Positions 62,542 to 64,000 of a DNA stretch of 64,000 nucleotides are shown here, in pieces. The DNA is from Fischerella sp. PCC 9605 (GTDB lineage Bacteria; Cyanobacteriota; Cyanobacteriia; Cyanobacteriales; Nostocaceae). The translations under genes and the position numbers were made by a program. Numbering within the stretch: the stretch's first letter is position 1; each line of letters begins with the position of its first letter. The stretch covers positions 2,418,448 through 2,482,447 of the forward strand of contig NZ_KI912148.1 of assembly GCF_000517105.1 (NCBI RefSeq), in the 5' to 3' direction. Below the pieces are notes generated by a model that worked only from the letters and a program-made list of their open reading frames with translations, was not told the origin of the DNA and searched no databases.

Positions 62542-63377
62542 GCAGAACCATTTTCCGGATTCTTGCTATTTTCTTGAGCTGCTGACTCAGCTATTACTTG
62601 TCTCACCATCTCACTTGTTTTACCTGGATCTACAAATATTACCTTGGCATTGTGGCTCTCACCCAATCTGTAGCTGGCATTGATATAATCTTGTGCTACA
62701 AGATATCGTAGAATTTCCTTAGTGTCAGAATCGGCACGTAAGGCGTCAGAAATTAACTGCATTGAAGTCTTAGTTGCCTCTGCTTTTTTAATTGCGGCTT
62801 CCCGTTCTCCCTCCGCTTCTAGAATAACAGCGCGGCTTTTAATTTCAGCAGCCCGCTGTTCTTCCATTGATTTCCGCACGCTTTCCGGCGGTGTAATACT
62901 TTGAATATCTACCCGAAGAATCTCTACTCCCCATTTTTCTGTAGTTTCATTCAAACTATCTAGTATGGCTTTATCCATCTCAGCACGAGAGAGATTAGTC
63001 TCTTCCACAGTGTTTTGGGCAATTTCTTCCCGAATAGTGGTTGTAGTCAATTGTGTCAGTGCACCTTCGAGGTCATCTATTTCGTAATAGCTTTTCTTTA
63101 TATCTCGGATACGCCAGAACACGACTGCATCAACTTCTAAGTAGATATTATCTTTAGTGATGATGTTCTGAGGCTTGATATCTAAAAACCGTTCTCTAGT
63201 TGTATCCTCCATGACGATCTGATCTAACAAGGGAATAATAAAGTTCAGCCCTGGGTCAAGTTTGCGATGATACCGACCTAAACGTTCTACAAGGGCTTCA
63301 TTACCCTGATTAATCAGTTTTGCAGACCCTATGGCATAGCCTATGAGCACTAAAACTATAGCAATGATTGGCTCCAT
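62538..63377 (-). CDS. SPFH/band-7 (stomatin-like) membrane protein
   Basis: N-terminal TM helix, then an SPFH domain (ITKDNIYLEVDAVVFWRI ... IREEIAQ ... WGVEILRVDI). Confidence 0.8.
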   Translation of the reverse strand: MEPIIAIVLVLIGYAIGSAKLINQGNEALVERLGRYHRKLDPGLNFIIPLLDQIVMEDTTRERFLDIKPQNIITKDNIYLEVDAVVFWRIRDIKKSYYEIDDLEGALTQLTTTTIREEIAQNTVEETNLSRAEMDKAILDSLNETTEKWGVEILRVDIQSITPPESVRKSMEEQRAAEIKSRAVILEAEGEREAAIKKAEATKTSMQLISDALRADSDTKEILRYLVAQDYINASYRLGESHNAKVIFVDPGKTSEMVRQVIAESAAQENSKNPENGSA

Positions 63378-63679
63378 ACATGCTCCTAATTAAGCTGTTG
63401 GGGATTTACTTTAAGGACTTAATTCTACCTTGTCTTACCTTTTAGTCTAATATTATTGAATGTGTTAAGTTGTTATCACAAGTAGCGCGTTTGGGCAAGA
63501 TACTTTAGTAGTAGGCAAGGCTATTAAAACATCTGGGCAGTTGTACTCGCAAGGGTGGGTTTGGTAATAAACTTTATTGCTGTTGACAATTGGAGTTTTG
63601 CCAGTAGTTAAATGATTGTGCGTTACGGACTGTCGTCCTAACGCACGCTACTAGCATGACTAATACAATATGGAATTAA

Positions 63680-64000
63680 TTATTGTTCTACCAAGTCCAG
63701 CCAAGATTTGAGGTTTGCTGGTAACTCCCAAACAAGACTCAACGGCAGTTGAGATGTCGAGAAAGTTTGAGCGTAAGCTGGTGTGAGAAACTGTCGGTAA
63801 ATATTTGCTTCTGGTGTCTGTTGTTTAATAAATGCTAAGCTCACACCTTGAAGCAGTTGGCGTAAAGCTTGTGTTTGTCCACCCCGGCGTTCTTTGACAA
63901 TGGTAGCAGCACTTATTTGATAAGCTGGATCGCTAATACTCAAGTGAGTACCACCGATCGCACTTAACAAATACTTTTGACCTCTGAGTTGACTAAAAGG
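63680..64000 (-). CDS. Hypothetical protein, C-terminal part (N-terminus beyond the window end)
   Basis: Open minus-strand frame running off the 3' edge of the window. I assign no family. Confidence 0.35.
   Translation of the reverse strand, partial: PFSQLRGQKYLLSAIGGTHLSISDPAYQISAATIVKERRGGQTQALRQLLQGVSLAFIKQQTPEANIYRQFLTPAYAQTFSTSQLPLSLVWELPANLKSWLDLVEQ

Overview
This 64 kb window looks like a chromosomal segment from a filamentous, Nostoc/Anabaena-like cyanobacterium. The octamer GCGATCGC (HIP1) is scattered throughout, and almost every intergenic gap carries hairpin-forming tandem heptamer arrays (GGTTAGT/ACTAACC, TGGTTGT, AGTCATT, AAGTCAA, ATAGGGC and similar). I could support about 55 protein-coding genes. 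Housekeeping genes include chlG (3' end), a zinc-dependent alcohol dehydrogenase, ruvB, hisF, a Bcp/PrxQ-type peroxiredoxin, cobQ with a small 2Fe-2S ferredoxin, crtQ (zeta-carotene desaturase) overlapping a START-like (SRPBCC) protein gene, an IscA/HesB protein, the ATP synthase beta and epsilon genes, the small-subunit ribosomal protein PSRP-3 (ycf65), tpiA and folP. Accessory content includes a Cu+ P-type ATPase, a serine/threonine kinase with WD40 repeats next to a flotillin, a second SPFH (band-7) protein, a DUF697 GTPase, and a two-component system. There is an 11 kb sugar-nucleotide and glycosyltransferase cluster: ugd, two MurG-like glycosyltransferases, a GT4 and a GT2 glycosyltransferase, an ABC exporter, a histidine phosphatase, a UDP-glucuronate 4-epimerase and an SLH-OprB porin. 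Three adjacent genes encode secreted alanine-rich proteins. An AT-rich island carries a 388 aa protein I could not place in any family and an unlisted ribbon-helix-helix (RHH) ORF. I found no rRNA, tRNA, CRISPR array or transposase. The most unusual content is the repeat families. One is a 30 bp near-palindrome (core GACGTGCCATGGCACGTC) present four times inside heptamer arrays, with one apparently empty site. A second is a GC-rich dispersed element (GTGAGCCAGCGCG...GGGGGTTCCCCCCATGAGCGACTG) in four copies. Repeat-derived segments are also inserted in frame into the Cu-ATPase and the kinase.
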